This document shows, piece by piece, positions 12,325 through 24,706 of a stretch of 64,000 nucleotides of DNA (the first letter of the stretch is position 1; the number at the start of each line of letters is the position of its first letter). Both the position numbers and the translations under genes were made by a program. The notes under the pieces were generated by a model. That model ran no database searches, was not told the origin of the DNA, and saw only the letters and a program-made list of their open reading frames with translations. This DNA is from Octopus bimaculoides (taxonomy: Eukaryota). Location: positions 38,203,041-38,267,040 of the forward strand of contig NC_068993.1 in NCBI RefSeq assembly GCF_001194135.2, written 5' to 3'.

Positions 12325-13248
12325 ATATATATATANNNNNNNNNNNNNNNNNNNNNNNNNNNNNNNNNNNNNNNNNNNNNNNNNNNNNNNNNNNNNNNNN
12401 NNNNNNNNNNNNNNNNNNNNNNNNNNNNNNNNNNNNNNNNNNNNNNNNNNNNNNNNNNNNNNNNNNNNNNNNNNNNNNNNNNNNNNNNNNNNNNNNNNNN
12501 NNNNNNNNNNNNNNNNNNNNNNNNNNNNNNNNNNNNNNNNNNNNNNNNNNNNNNNNNNNNNNNNNNNNNNNNNNNNNNNNNNNNNNNNNNNNNNNNNNNN
12601 NNNNNNNNNNNNNNNNNNNNNNNNNNNNNNNNNNNNNNNNNNNNNNNNNNNNNNNNNNNNNNNNNNNNNNNNNNNNNNNNNNNNNNNNNNNNNNNNNNNN
12701 NNNNNNNNNNNNNNNNNNNNNNNNNNNNNNNNNNNNNNNNNNNNNNNNNNNNNNNNNNNNNNNNNNNNNNNNNNNNNNNNNNNNNNNNNNNNNNNNNNNN
12801 NNNNNNNNNNNNNNNNNNNNNNNNNNNNNNNNNNNNNNNNNNNNNNNNNNNNNNNNNNNNNNNNNNNNNNNNNNNNNNNNNNNNNNNNNNNNNNNNNNNN
12901 NNNNNNNNNNNNNNNNNNNNNNNNNNNNNNNNNNNNNNNNNNNNNNNNNNNNNNNNNNNNNNNNNNNNNNNNNNNNNNNNNNNNNNNNNNNNNNNNNNNN
13001 NNNNNNNNNNNNNNNNNNNNNNNNNNNNNNNNNNNNNNNNNNNNNNNNNNNNNNNNNNNNNNNNNNNNNNNNNNNNNNNNNNNNNNNNNNNNNNNNNNNN
13101 NNNNNNNNNNNNNNNNNNNNNNNNNNNNNNNNNNNNNNNNNNNNNNNNNNNNNNNNNNNNNNNNNNNNNNNNNNNNNNNNNNNNNNNNNNNNNNNNNNNN
13201 NNNNNNNNNNNNNNNNNNGAAAGTTTTCTGAACGTTTATAAAGAGAAG

Positions 13249-13296
13249 GTCTTACAGCTGTTTTTGGGATATTTTATATATCCCTTCATCAGAGAC
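13249..13296 (-). ncRNA. type I minimal hammerhead ribozyme (G12 to A variant), Penelope-associated type
   Basis: GUCU CUGAUGA A GGGAUAU-AUAAA-AUAUCCC AAAAAC AGCU GUA AGAC: stem I GUCU/AGAC, perfect 7-bp stem II, 2-bp stem III with palindromic AGCU loop, GUA cleavage triplet. Confidence 0.75.
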
Positions 13297-13447
13297 GGTG
13301 CAAGAAAATGTTTAATAGTTGCTAAGCATGCTAATATATGACCTACATTGGACTCCTCATTCATATCATCATCGAACCTGGAGCTTAACTATAATCTGTC
13401 CATAGCACTTACTCAGCATTACCTGACACCATTACCTCTCATACCCT

Positions 13448-13482
<35 letters not shown>

Positions 13483-13813
13483 TGACAGGTTCCTTTGAAT
13501 CTGTCTACCAAATCCACTCATGAGATGTTGGCCAGCCCAGGGCTATAATAAAAGACATTTGCATACGTTGCTACACAGTGGAATTGAACCCAGATCCACG
13601 TGGTTGGGAAGCAAGCTTCTTACTTATACACCCATGGCTGCATTCACTCCTGGATATATACTATACAGATAAGGAATATATATCTTTGTCTAGATGTGTG
13701 TGAATTATCAATGTGGATATAAGAGTGTATGCATGTATGAGAGTATATATATATATGTGTGTGTGTGTGTGTATCTGTGGGTATGGATACACATTGATCA
13801 GCAATACATATCA

Positions 13814-13863
<50 letters not shown>

Positions 13864-14046
13864 NNNNNNNNNNNNNNNNNNNNNNNNNNNNNNNNNNNNN
13901 NNNNNNNNNNNNNNNNNNNNNNNNNNNNNNNNNNNNNNNNNNNNNNNNNNNNNNNNNNNNNNNNNNNNNNNNNNNNNNNNNNNNNNNNNNNNNNNNNNNN
14001 NNNNNNNNNNNNNNNNNNNNNNNNNNNNNNNNNNNNNNNNNNNNNN

Positions 14047-14120
<74 letters not shown>

Positions 14121-14469
14121 GCGCTAGTGTATTCATATATGTATGACTCTGTATATATTTCTGCATGTTTTAAACCATAGCTCTGACTTTTCTGCAAACA
14201 TCACTGCTGCCACCACCACCCTGTCCCCACCACACTGCCTCTCCACCCTTACCCCACCACTATCACCACCATCTCCCTTTCCTATTCCACTGCCATCATC
14301 TTCATTCAGCCCATCACCACCCTCAACAACAGCAACAACAACCTGCACACCCACCACCACACCACCCCACCCTACCCTAGAATCAAAGACCTCTACACAA
14401 ACTCCAAAAACCCATCAACATGATGTTTACTATAGATATTTCAATTAAATTTAAAAGCTTTTTTTTTAA

Positions 14470-14509
<40 letters not shown>

Positions 14510-15708
14510 GCTTCCCAAAACCCTTAAATTGTTTTATTATGTTTGATTTATCTTTGGTATTGCTCTTAATTCTACTGGAAATTCTTCCCCTGACCATTTT
14601 TTTTTTATGGAATTTTAGAATTTCAGAAGTAAGTTTTGGAAGCATTTGAAGGGGTTTGTTTATGCCTCATTAGAGTTTATATAGATAATACACTGTTATT
14701 ATAGATATTTTTTTAATCGTGCATATAGTTGCTGTGCGTTTATGGAGTTCAGATGCTTGCTGAAAACTGTTTGGTTCTGGGTTCAGTTCTATTGCATGGA
14801 AGATTTGTCATAGGTCTAGTCTTAGAGCCTAGACTTGGCCAATGCATTGTGTGCATTGTTAGTGGAAATAATTAGATGGAAACTGTGTGAACCTGTAGTA
14901 GAAGGCATATTATAAATATGTTTCTTTATAAAGCCTTTGTCAGAAATACATCTATAAATTGAATATATATATATATANNNNNNNNNNNNNNNNNNNNNNN
15001 NNNNNNNNNNNNNNNNNNNNNNNNNNNNNNNNNNNNNNNNNNNNNNNNNNNNNNNNNNNNNNNNNNNNNNNNNNNNNNNNNNNNNNNNNNNNNNNNNNNN
15101 NNNNNNNNNNNNNNNNNNNNNNNNNNNNNNNNNNNNNNNNNNNNNNNNNNNNNNNNNNNNNNNNNNNNNNNNNNNNNNNNNNNNNNNNNNNNNNNNNNNN
15201 NNNNNNNNNNNNNNNNNNNNNNNNNNNNNNNNNNNNNNNNNNNNNNNNNNNNNNNNNNNNNNNNNNNNNNNNNNNNNNNNNNNNNNNNNNNNNNNNNNNN
15301 NNNNNNNNNNNNNNNNNNNNNNNNNNNNNNNNNNNNNNNNNNNNNNNNNNNNNNNNNNNNNNNNNNNNNNNNNNNNNNNNNNNNNNNNNNNNNNNNNNNN
15401 NNNNNNNNNNNNNNNNNNNNNNNNNNNNNNNNNNNNNNNNNNNNNNNNNNNNNNNNNNNNNNNNNNNNNNNNNNNNNNNNNNNNNNNNNNNNNNNNNNNN
15501 NNNNNNNNNNNNNNNNNNNNNNNNNNNNNNNNNNNNNNNNNNNNNNNNNNNNNNNNNNNNNNNNNNNNNNNNNNNNNNNNNNNNNNNNNNNNNNNNNNNN
15601 NNNNNNNNNNNNNNNNNNNNNNNNNNNNATTTTATGTATGCTCTCTCCCACTTGGATTTAATATGTTGCCACATTTATAATATGTCTTTTTTCTGCATTT
15701 TCGTGCAG

Positions 15709-15738
15709 CTGAAGATTGCTCTTCATATTGCATTTAAG
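15709..15738 (+). CDS. candidate 30-nt micro-exon (LKIALHIAFK), unknown gene
   Basis: Acceptor TTTTTTCTGCATTTTCGTGCAG, donor AAG|GTAATG; only the phase-0 frame is open. Confidence 0.3.
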
Positions 15739-15824
15739 GTAATGCTCACATTACTTAAATAAATTGAAGTAGCATGAAACGTGCGTACTGCAATCACTTT
15801 TGAAATCCGTGTTGCTTATTGTTT

Positions 15825-15855
<31 letters not shown>

Positions 15856-15881
15856 AATATATATAGATATATAGCTGTATA

Positions 15882-16347
15882 CAGTAATCACTCACTGTAC
15901 TGTGGTTCACATGTTGTACCCTCAGTACATCGTGAATTTTCTTGGCTAATATATGTAAATTTATATCATGGACTACTCAGTATATTGCAGGTTTCTGTGG
16001 ACGATAGGTTATTATATATTTTAGATTTTAATTATTTCTGTGGTGAAATAAGCATTTTCACACTTAAAACTTAATAAATTAATAAATAAAAGAATACAGT
16101 ACAAAACTGCACTGTATAACACACCAATTAAAATATATTAAAAGAAAACATATAGTGTACCATAGATGAGTAAACAGAGAATTGCACATACTGTATGGAA
16201 AATGGAACTCGAGAGGCAAGTGTGTGGTGTTACAAATTATAAAAGTAATAAAAAAAAATATGCGGTACAGTGCTGTTTCTACTTTGCAGATTTTCACCTA
16301 TCATGAGGTTATGGAGTGTAACACTCACAATAGTCGAGGGATTATTG
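15882..16347. mobile_element. Tigger/pogo-like MITE
   Basis: TA|CAGTAATCACTC ... GAGGGATTATTG|TA; 3' end homologous to 60010-60095. Confidence 0.7.
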
Positions 16348-17019
16348 TATCAATCTATCTATCTATCTATATATATATATATATATGGTGTTAGGAAGGG
16401 CATCCAGCTGTAGAAACTCTTCCTAATCAGATTGGAGCCTGGTGTAGCCATCCGGTTCACCAGTCCTCAGTCAAATCGTCCAACCCATGCTAGCATGTAA
16501 AGCAGATGTTAAATGATGATGATGACGATATGTGTGTGTATATATATATATGGAAGGCATGGAAGGCAGCTGTTAAATGATGATGATATATATATATATT
16601 TATATTACATATATATATATATATTTATATTATATACCAACATAGAGCGCTCACATACCGTATTCAGAGTTTCTTGGCAAACTACAGGTGTAAAAATTAT
16701 CTGATTTGAGATTGGTAATCAATGCATGTGCAACCGTTCATCAGTTGTTGTGCAAAGCCACGAGTGAAATTGGATAACTTCACACCCATGGTTTGTCAGG
16801 AAACTGTGAGTACTGTATGTGAGTATTTCCTGTTTGTATAATGTATGATTACGCTAATTCAATGATATTTAGGGCTACATCTTTTGTTACTACATACACA
16901 GTTAATTGTTTGGCTCACACACACACACACTGATCCATCACTATCAGCAAACTCAGAAATCCACTGTAAAATGTTTATCCAATTTTGAATTCTAATTACT
17001 TTAATTCTTTATCTTGCAG

Positions 17020-17049
17020 GGTGCCAAATTGGGAGAGCTGTTGGAGTGA
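17020..17049 (+). CDS. candidate terminal coding exon (GAKLGELLE*)
   Basis: Branch-like CTAAT, then TTCTTTATCTTGCAG acceptor; phase compatible with 15709-15738. Confidence 0.25.
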   Translation, partial: GAKLGELLE

Positions 17050-17163
17050 TGAATAGAATGCTTTCTTTTTTTTTTTTTTGTAGTATTTGTTGTAGCTCTT
17101 TGCATTTCAGGTTCGAATCTCACTTAGGCCTACTTGTGGGGTAAATTTAATTTTTCACTTGCT

Positions 17164-17795
17164 TTAACCCTCCAGTATTTGAATTACTCTCTCAAATATG
17201 TTGTTGGCACTCCGTCGCTTACAATGTCGAGGATTCTAATTGATCCAATCAATGGAACAGCCTGCTCCTGAAATTAACGTGCAAATGGCTGAACAATCCA
17301 CAGACATGTGTACCCTTAACATAGTTCTTGGGGATATTCAGTGTGACACAGCATGACAAGGCTGACCCTTTGAATTACAGGCACAACAGAAACAGGAAGT
17401 AAGAGTGAGAGAAAGTTGTGGTGAAAGAGTACAGCAGGGTTCGCCACCATCCCCTGCCAGAGCCTCGTGGAGCTTTAGGTGTTTGGGCTCAATAAATACT
17501 CACAATGCTCGGTCTGGGAATCGAAACCGCGATCCTATGACCACGAGTCCGCTGCCCTAACCATTGGGCCATTGCGCCTCCACTCTGTCAAATATAACCC
17601 TTATTTATCCACATTTGCTGCACATTGTTCAGAATTAATCATGCATTATCTCAAAGCTTTGAGATTTCAAACTTTGTGTTTATTTACTTTCAATATGACA
17701 TTTTAGGGTAGGTGGGAGAAGCAAGATCTGACCAGTTTGAACATAAAACAGGCAGGATATTTTGGCCGGATATGGCCAGTTTAAATGCTAAAGGA
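17164..17795. mobile_element. piggyBac-like MITE split by SINE family C
   Basis: TTAACCCTCCAG start, GTTTAAATGCTAAAGG end; the inserted SINE is flanked by TCTCTCAAATAT / TCTGTCAAATAT. Confidence 0.65.
17200..17583 (-). mobile_element. SINE family C with 12-bp TSD
   Basis: Full length; TSD at 17188-17199 and 17584-17595 (1 mismatch). Confidence 0.92.
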
Positions 17796-18438
17796 CCAAC
17801 AACAAAACCACTTGTCATTCATGGTGTCAGGTAATGGTATCCATTGTATATACACACATATATGTGTGTGTTTTCCATGCATACATATATATATATGAGT
17901 TTGTTATCTATGCATGAAGTATCCTTTCTTCTCGCTTCTAATGTTGTCCAAGAGAAAGCTGAAGGTTGATTAAGCTTGACAAATAAAACTGTAAGAGGTG
18001 AACTCAGCACATCAAGAAACATATAATGTGCAAAATAAACAGATAGACAGATAGATACATATGTAAATATATTCACACAAATACACACAGACACAAACAT
18101 GCATGCACATACTCACACACATGTACGTACACACAGATAAATATAGTTGTAGATGCATATATAAGTAGATGTTTGAAACAATGACTACAAACACACACAC
18201 ACACACACACGAACGTATACATATATATATATATATATATATAAAGTATACCCACACAGTATATTTCAATATATATATATATATATGTATATATATGTAT
18301 GTGTTTGTGTATATATATATATGTATGAATGTATGTATATATGAATATATCTATATCATCTATCTATCTATCTATTTGTGTGTGTGTGCGTGTGTGTGTG
18401 TAGATGTATACACACACACACACATACAAACACATATA

Positions 18439-19361
18439 ATGGGTCATCCCATAGATAATGCGATTTCTTCAATTGCATGAACTAAAAGTCAGAGGGAGAT
18501 GGGATAAACTACCTACATCAACTTCCTATAAAAGCAGGTAGTAATTTTGCCTTGTCCTTATTCTTAGTGCAAGTTTTGAAGAGTGCAGTTTGATTTCAAC
18601 AGTTATTTTTCCAAAGCTATATTGGAAGTGACAGAAGAACATATTCAGCATATTTTGCTTTATGAGTTCAATAAAGGCAACAATGCAACGGAAAGTGCAA
18701 GAAATATTAATGCAGTATATGGGGATTGGACAATAAGCGGAAGCCAGTGTCAACAGTGCTTCTGGAAATTGCAAGCTGGAAACTACAACGTAGAAGACAA
18801 GACTCAGTCTGGAAGATCTGTGGAGCTCAACAAGAATGTCTTGCAAACAATGGTGGAACAAAATCCCATTATAACTGTTGAAGAACTAATAGAGAAGCTT
18901 GGATTTGGTTATTCAACCATTCATCAGCATCTGTGCTAGAAGAAAAACGACCATCTTTGGTTTCAAGACGAAAGGTGTTCTTCCATCAGGATAATGCTTG
19001 GCCACATACAGTAAGGATGACATTCCAAAGGCTGGAGCAATTTGAATGAGAAACGATACCCCACCCACCATATGCACTGTACATTGCCCCATCTAATTAT
19101 CATTTATTTTGCAGTCTTCAAAATCATTTGGAATGAAAATATATGAATGCTGTAGACAAAGTCAGAACAGTACTGGAGGAGTATTTTTCATCACGGACAA
19201 GTGAATTTTGGAAGAGGGGCCTTGCCAGTCTACCAGACTGATGGAAGAGCATTGTCGAAAATGAAGGAGAATATATTTTAGATTAAAAAAAAACCTTGCT
19301 TATCTTAATTTTGAAAAATAAAAGAAATATAAAAAACCGCATTTTTTATGAGATGACCCAA
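18439..19361 (+). mobile_element. mariner transposon, internally deleted, dead transposase
   Basis: TIRs ATGGGTCATCCCATAGATAATGCG / CGCATTTTTTATGAGATGACCCAA with TA TSDs; HTH region EHIQHILLYEFNKGNNATESARNINAVYG; after a frame jump at ~18939, KRPSLVSRRKVFFHQDNAWPH and HPPYALYIAPSNYHLFCSLQNHL with stops. Confidence 0.92.
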
Positions 19362-19599
19362 TATATATATACATATATACTTACACACACACACGTACAT
19401 ACATACATCCATCCATACATACATACATTCATATATAACTATATATATATACATATATATATCTGTCTATATAAGTGCACAAAATAAAGCTGCCAAAAGA
19501 GACATTCTATAATGAATTTTGTTTGGTGTCTTTTGAAAAGTTGAAGATTTATTTAACATATATAAACTTTGAAGTGTTTTAAATTGATGACAGAATTGG

Positions 19600-20340
19600 T
19601 AAGGGAGAGGATGGTAGTGGTGGTGGTGGTGGTTGATCTGACTTTGAGAATGATGGTAGTTGTTGAGGAGGCCATAATGATGATGACGATGGCGTTCTGA
19701 CAATAGTGATGATGATGATGATGATGACGGTGATGTTGATGATGATAATGTCGACAAATACAACAACAAGGATGACGATGAGAAGGATGAGAATGATGGT
19801 GACGTTGATTGTGATGACAATGATGATGGTGGTGATGATGATGATGATGATGAACAATGATCGTAAAATTCATACTTATCCATCATTAAATTTAATTTTT
19901 GTTTGATGTAGCAAATGTAATAATTTACTCTGATGTTGGTATTGGCTGCAGTGATGTTGGTGGTAGTGGTGGTGTTAGCGGTAGGGATAGTAGTAGTACT
20001 GGTGGTTTTGGTAGTGGCTGTGTTGGTAGTAGTGGTAGTTGTGGTGTTGGTGTTTGAAATAATAATGGTGTTGGTAGTAGTTGTTGTGGTGGTGTTTGTC
20101 GTTGTGTTAATAGTTGTCAGTGGTGGTGGTATGGTAGTAGTGAAGGTGGTGTTTGAAGTGTGAGTTGTAGTAGTAGTTTAAGTGGTAGTAGGGGGTGGTT
20201 GTGGCGAAGACTGAGGTTGTATTTGATGCCAATGAAAATACTAGTAGTGGCAGTAGTACAGGTGGTGATACTGCCAGTAGTAGAACTAATGGTGACATTG
20301 AGGTTTATGGTTGAAATATCAGTGGTACTATTGCAGTTAT
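19600..20340. repeat. (GAT)n/(GGT)n degenerate microsatellite
   Basis: Low complexity. Confidence 0.9.
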
Positions 20341-20412
20341 GTTGCTGTTTAGCCCAAGGTCAACCCTGACTGGACAAACCTATGATCATAGATATCAAGC
20401 CATGACCATCCT
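20340..20412 (+). repeat. short unclassified dispersed repeat (family E)
   Basis: GTTGCTGTTTAGCCCAAGGTCAACCCTG...CTATGATCA...CCATGACCATCC; similar at 21960-22035 (+), 41720-41800 (-) and 47880-47965 (-). Confidence 0.55.
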
Positions 20413-20904
20413 ACCTGTTATTCAAACAAAATGTACCTAATGAAATCCTGTTGTCTTTGAAATAGAAGGGCTCCCTAGTAGTATCTGAAGGCATGGGAAT
20501 GCTGGGAAATTGCTCAGGGTCCCAAGGAAACCAAGGAACTCAAAGATAATCTATGTATGTTGTGGTTGTGTATGTAAGGACTCAAATGTCCAGATCTGCC
20601 AAGAGGCCTATAATTCTGTTACAATGGCCCTAGAGCCACCCGATTTTTTAAGGTGTCAGGTACAATACATCACCTGGTTTAACACCCTCATCTCACCCAA
20701 GGGGAACATTAACCCTTTAGGATTCAGTTTACTTTGTCATATTTAATGCTCTTTTATTCACATTGCTTTGAATTAATCAGGCTTTATCTCACAACTTTGA
20801 GATTTTGATGATGTGATTCCTTATCTTTAGAATGACATTGTAGGGTAGGTGTGAAAAGCCATAAAACAGGTAGAATACTTGTGCCTCGTATGGCTGGTTT
20901 AAAT

Positions 20905-21589
20905 CAGTGGTTCTCAAAAATGTTTTCTCTATGAACTGCTTTGATTACTGTTTCATTCTGGTGGACCCCATCGTCATTTGATATTTAAAAACAAGTTTTA
21001 TCAAAACGCCTTTAAAAATTCCTATTTTGCTTTTCACATATTAACTTTTGTAGGCTGAACTATAAAATGTTCAAGAAAGAAACAAAACTGTTTCTTGCAA
21101 TGCATACATATAAAGCAGGGTTCATGAACTTCTTTCAAATTTCCCATTTTCTTTTCCACACATTAACTTGTGTAGGTTGAACTACGTAAAATGTTAGAGG
21201 GAGAAACCTAGCTGTTTTCTTGCAATACATACCAATACATACATCTAAAGCAGGGATTCACAAACCCATTTATATCTATAGATTATTATTTTATTTTGGT
21301 GGATTCTCATAACCATTCAATGTTTAAAAACTAGTTTAATAGAAGCTCCTTTCAAAATTCCTATTTTGTTTTTCATACAGTCACCTGTGTAGGTTGAACT
21401 ATGTAAAATGTTAGAGAAAGAAACCTACCTATTTCTTGCAATTCGTACCAATACATACGCCTAAAGCAAAATTTTTTAGGGGCCCTTAAAATACTATTGT
21501 GGATCCCCAATTTACTATTTTGTTTTGTGGTGTCCCCAAAATCTTATATCGACCCTTAGGGGCCATATGGACCCTGGTTGAAATTGCTA
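20905..21589. mobile_element. hAT-like MITE with 8-bp TSD and internal triplication, inside a piggyBac-like MITE
   Basis: CAGTGGTTCTCAA left end; perfect TSD GTTTAAAT at 20897-20904 and 21590-21597; host MITE starts TTAACCCTTTAG at 20709. Confidence 0.8.
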
Positions 21590-21639
21590 GTTTAAATGCC
21601 CAAGTAGTGTTTCCCAACCTATTTTCTTCAAAGCCCTAC

Positions 21640-21832
21640 TCATTTCGTCTGCCGTTACGTTCTGAGTTCAAATTCCGCCGAGGTCGACTATGCCTTTCAT
21701 CCTTTCGGGGGTTGATTAAATAAGTACCAGTTACGCACTGGGATCGATATAATTGACTTAATCCATTTGTCTGTCCTTGTTTGTCCCCTTCAGTGTGTAG
21801 CCCCTTGTGGGCAGTAAAGAAATAAGAAATAA
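21640..21832 (+). mobile_element. SINE family B, tail type 1, 5' truncated
   Basis: GAGTTCAAATTCCGCCGAGGTCGAC ... CCCCTTGTGGGCAGTAAAGAAATAAG. Confidence 0.9.
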
Positions 21833-22212
21833 GAGGGTGGCTAAAAAACATCATACATATGTCCCTCCATAACCCTACCTCCAACAAAAAACTGTGACCA
21901 GTGGCAAGGGCTAACTGCAAAGGCATCTAGACTGGCCGCCTCAGTTAAGGGATCCTGAGGATTATGTTGCTTAACTCCATGTCAGCCTTGAATGAATAGA
22001 TCTATGATCAGAAGGCATTCTGGCCTTGACCATCCTATAATTTCAAAATATATGTAGTGTTGCACCATTTAATATATTCCTCCCATATTTAAGAGAATAG
22101 GGTGTGTGATTTTAGGGAGATTTGACTGTAATTCCTAGTACATCCAGGGACAATTCAGAAGTACTCCTGAACCATATTGAATCATTTGGAGATGTAAAAG
22201 TTATGAATGATG

Positions 22213-22733
22213 TTATTATTATTATTATTATTAGTAGTAGTAGTAGTTGTAGTAATAGTTGTGTAGTTGCAGCAGCAGCAGCAGTGGAAGCAGTGGTGCC
22301 AGCAGTAAAAGTGGTGGTGAGTGGTGGTGATAGTGGCAATGGTAGTGGTAGTGGTGGTAGTGGTGGTGGTAGTAGCAGTAGAAGTGGTGGTGGTAGAGGT
22401 ACTAATAGTGGTAATGGTAGTAGTTGTAACAGCACTAGTAATAGTGGTGATGGTGGTAGTAGTAGTGGTGAAGCTGGTAGTAGTAGTGGTGATGGTAGTA
22501 GCAGTACCATCACCGCTACTACTACCACCATCACCACTATTACTAGTGCTGTTACTACCACTACTACCATTACCACTACTAGTACCTCTACCACCACCAC
22601 TTATACTGCTACTACCACCACCACTACCACTACCACTCACCACCACCACTTATACTGCTGCCACCGCTGCTGCTGCTGCTGCTGCTGCTGCTACTACTAC
22701 TACTACTACTACTAATAATAATAATAATAATAA
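22213..22733. repeat. mirror-image (fold-back) compound microsatellite
   Basis: TTA, TAG, CAG, GGT motifs mirrored on the opposite strand; perfect 40-bp inverted match 22426-22465 vs 22516-22555. Confidence 0.85.
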
Positions 22734-23151
22734 AAGTAGTAGTAGTAGTAGTAGTATATTTAAAGTGGTGGTTTTGGGTTTAATGCTGGTCAATGTTGTG
22801 GCTAGTGGTGGCGGTGGTTGTGATGGTGGCAGAAGAACTCGTATCTCTTAAACATATACACACTTCAGCTTCCTTTACCATTTCTATAGAACTTTTTTTC
22901 TCATTTCTCAAAAGCTTTCATCTACAATTATTATTACCTTATATATATTTTTTAAAATATGATAAACATTGAAAAGAAGACAATAAATATTTATAATAAT
23001 AATAATAATAATAACAATAATAATAATAAAAGAATTACAACAAAGCAAAATTGAGATAAATAAGTTATTGATAAATAATTTTGTTTTGTTTTTGACAAAA
23101 AGTCTATTTAATAGTTGAAAGAAAAATATTTAAAAATAATAATAAAAATAA

Positions 23152-23188
<37 letters not shown>

Positions 23189-23399
23189 GTTAGCAAAAAA
23201 TGCAAGTAACAAAAGATGATAAATTTTTTTCTAGAAATATTATTTATGAAGAAAGCAAAAATTAATGAAGAGAATAAACGATGATTTTTTTTTTAAAACT
23301 GGGAAATAAATAAATAAATAGATTAAATAAATAAAATAAAAATAAAAACAAGATAAAAATTAAAAAAAAAACATTTCTCTCCTCTCTGCTTTCTGAATT

Positions 23400-23457
23400 A
23401 TATTTTGTGGTGATTGAAAAACTGTGTTTTATTTATCATATCAATAACAACAACAAC

Positions 23458-23537
<80 letters not shown>

Positions 23538-23578
23538 TAATAACAATAATAATAATAATAATAATAATAATATTAATG

Positions 23579-23609
<31 letters not shown>

Positions 23610-23740
23610 TAATAGTAATAGTTATAATTAATGATAATAATAATAGTAATGATAGTAATAATAAAAGTAATGGTAATAATAGTAATAATGACTAAAACAT
23701 TAATAACAATAGGAGTATTATTATTATTATTATTATTTTT
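23400..23740. repeat. (AAT)n microsatellite
   Basis: Poly-N/poly-I ORFs. Confidence 0.95.
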
Positions 23741-24006
23741 AATTATTTTAAAAGACAGATGGTTTTGTCACGTTAAATGACTGACAAATCGTTTGATCAT
23801 TTTTTTTTTATTAAAAGAAGAAATAAAAGGATGCAAAAAAAAAGAAATAAAATAAAGTATTGACAGCGATTAAGAAGGTTTAATTGTGGAATGTATAAAG
23901 TTTCATATCCATTGAGTTAGATTTGGTATGGCATCAAAGTATGGGATAACATTGTCTGTATGATCAAATAATATACTGTGATGGTAAGGGAAAATAGCTA
24001 CCCTAA

Positions 24007-24039
<33 letters not shown>

Positions 24040-24159
24040 TGCACACACATGCAGAGAGACATCTTTCATTCTTTATCTTTTACTTGTTTTAGTCATTAGA
24101 CTGTGGCCATGCTGGAGCACTGCCTTGAAGAATATTTTAAAAAAGCACACATTACACTC

Positions 24160-24664
24160 TCGAAGTCATTGGCGTTAGGAACGGCATCCAGTTGTAGAAG
24201 TATTGCCAGATAAAATTGGAGCCTGGTGCTGCTGCTGGCTTTCCAGACCTCAGTCAAACAGTCCAACCCATGCCAACATGGAAAACGGATGTTAAACAAT
24301 GATGATAATGATGATGATGATTACGACAGGCTTCTTTCAGTTTCCATCAACCAAATCCACTCACAAGGCTTTGGTCAGTCCAAGGCTATAGTACAAGATA
24401 ATTACTCAAGATATCAACCAGTAGGATATTTTGTGGTTGGGAAGTAAACTTCTGACCACACACCCACACCTGCGCTGGAAATATATATTCTCTTACTTGT
24501 TTCAGTCATCTGACTGTGGCTATGCTGGAGCAACACCCTAAGGGGTCTTTAGTCGAAGAAGTTAACCCCAGGACTTATTTTTTGATAATTTGTCTCTTTT
24601 GCCAAACCATTAAGTTACAGTGACATAAACACATCAACATTGGTTGCCAAGTGATAGTGGGGGA

Positions 24665-24706
<42 letters not shown>

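Noticed and set aside
13256-13377. Apparent minus-strand exon FDDDMNEESNVGHILACLATIKHFLAPSLMKGYIKYPKNS with a GTAAG donor
   Set aside because: Overlaps the hammerhead fold; the 'donor' is the GUA cleavage site plus stem I. Better explained as a Penelope-type terminus.
16700-16750. Other CTGATGA occurrences (also ~720, ~27685, ~63950)
   Set aside because: No stem II/GAAA arrangement and no convincing C/D snoRNA geometry.
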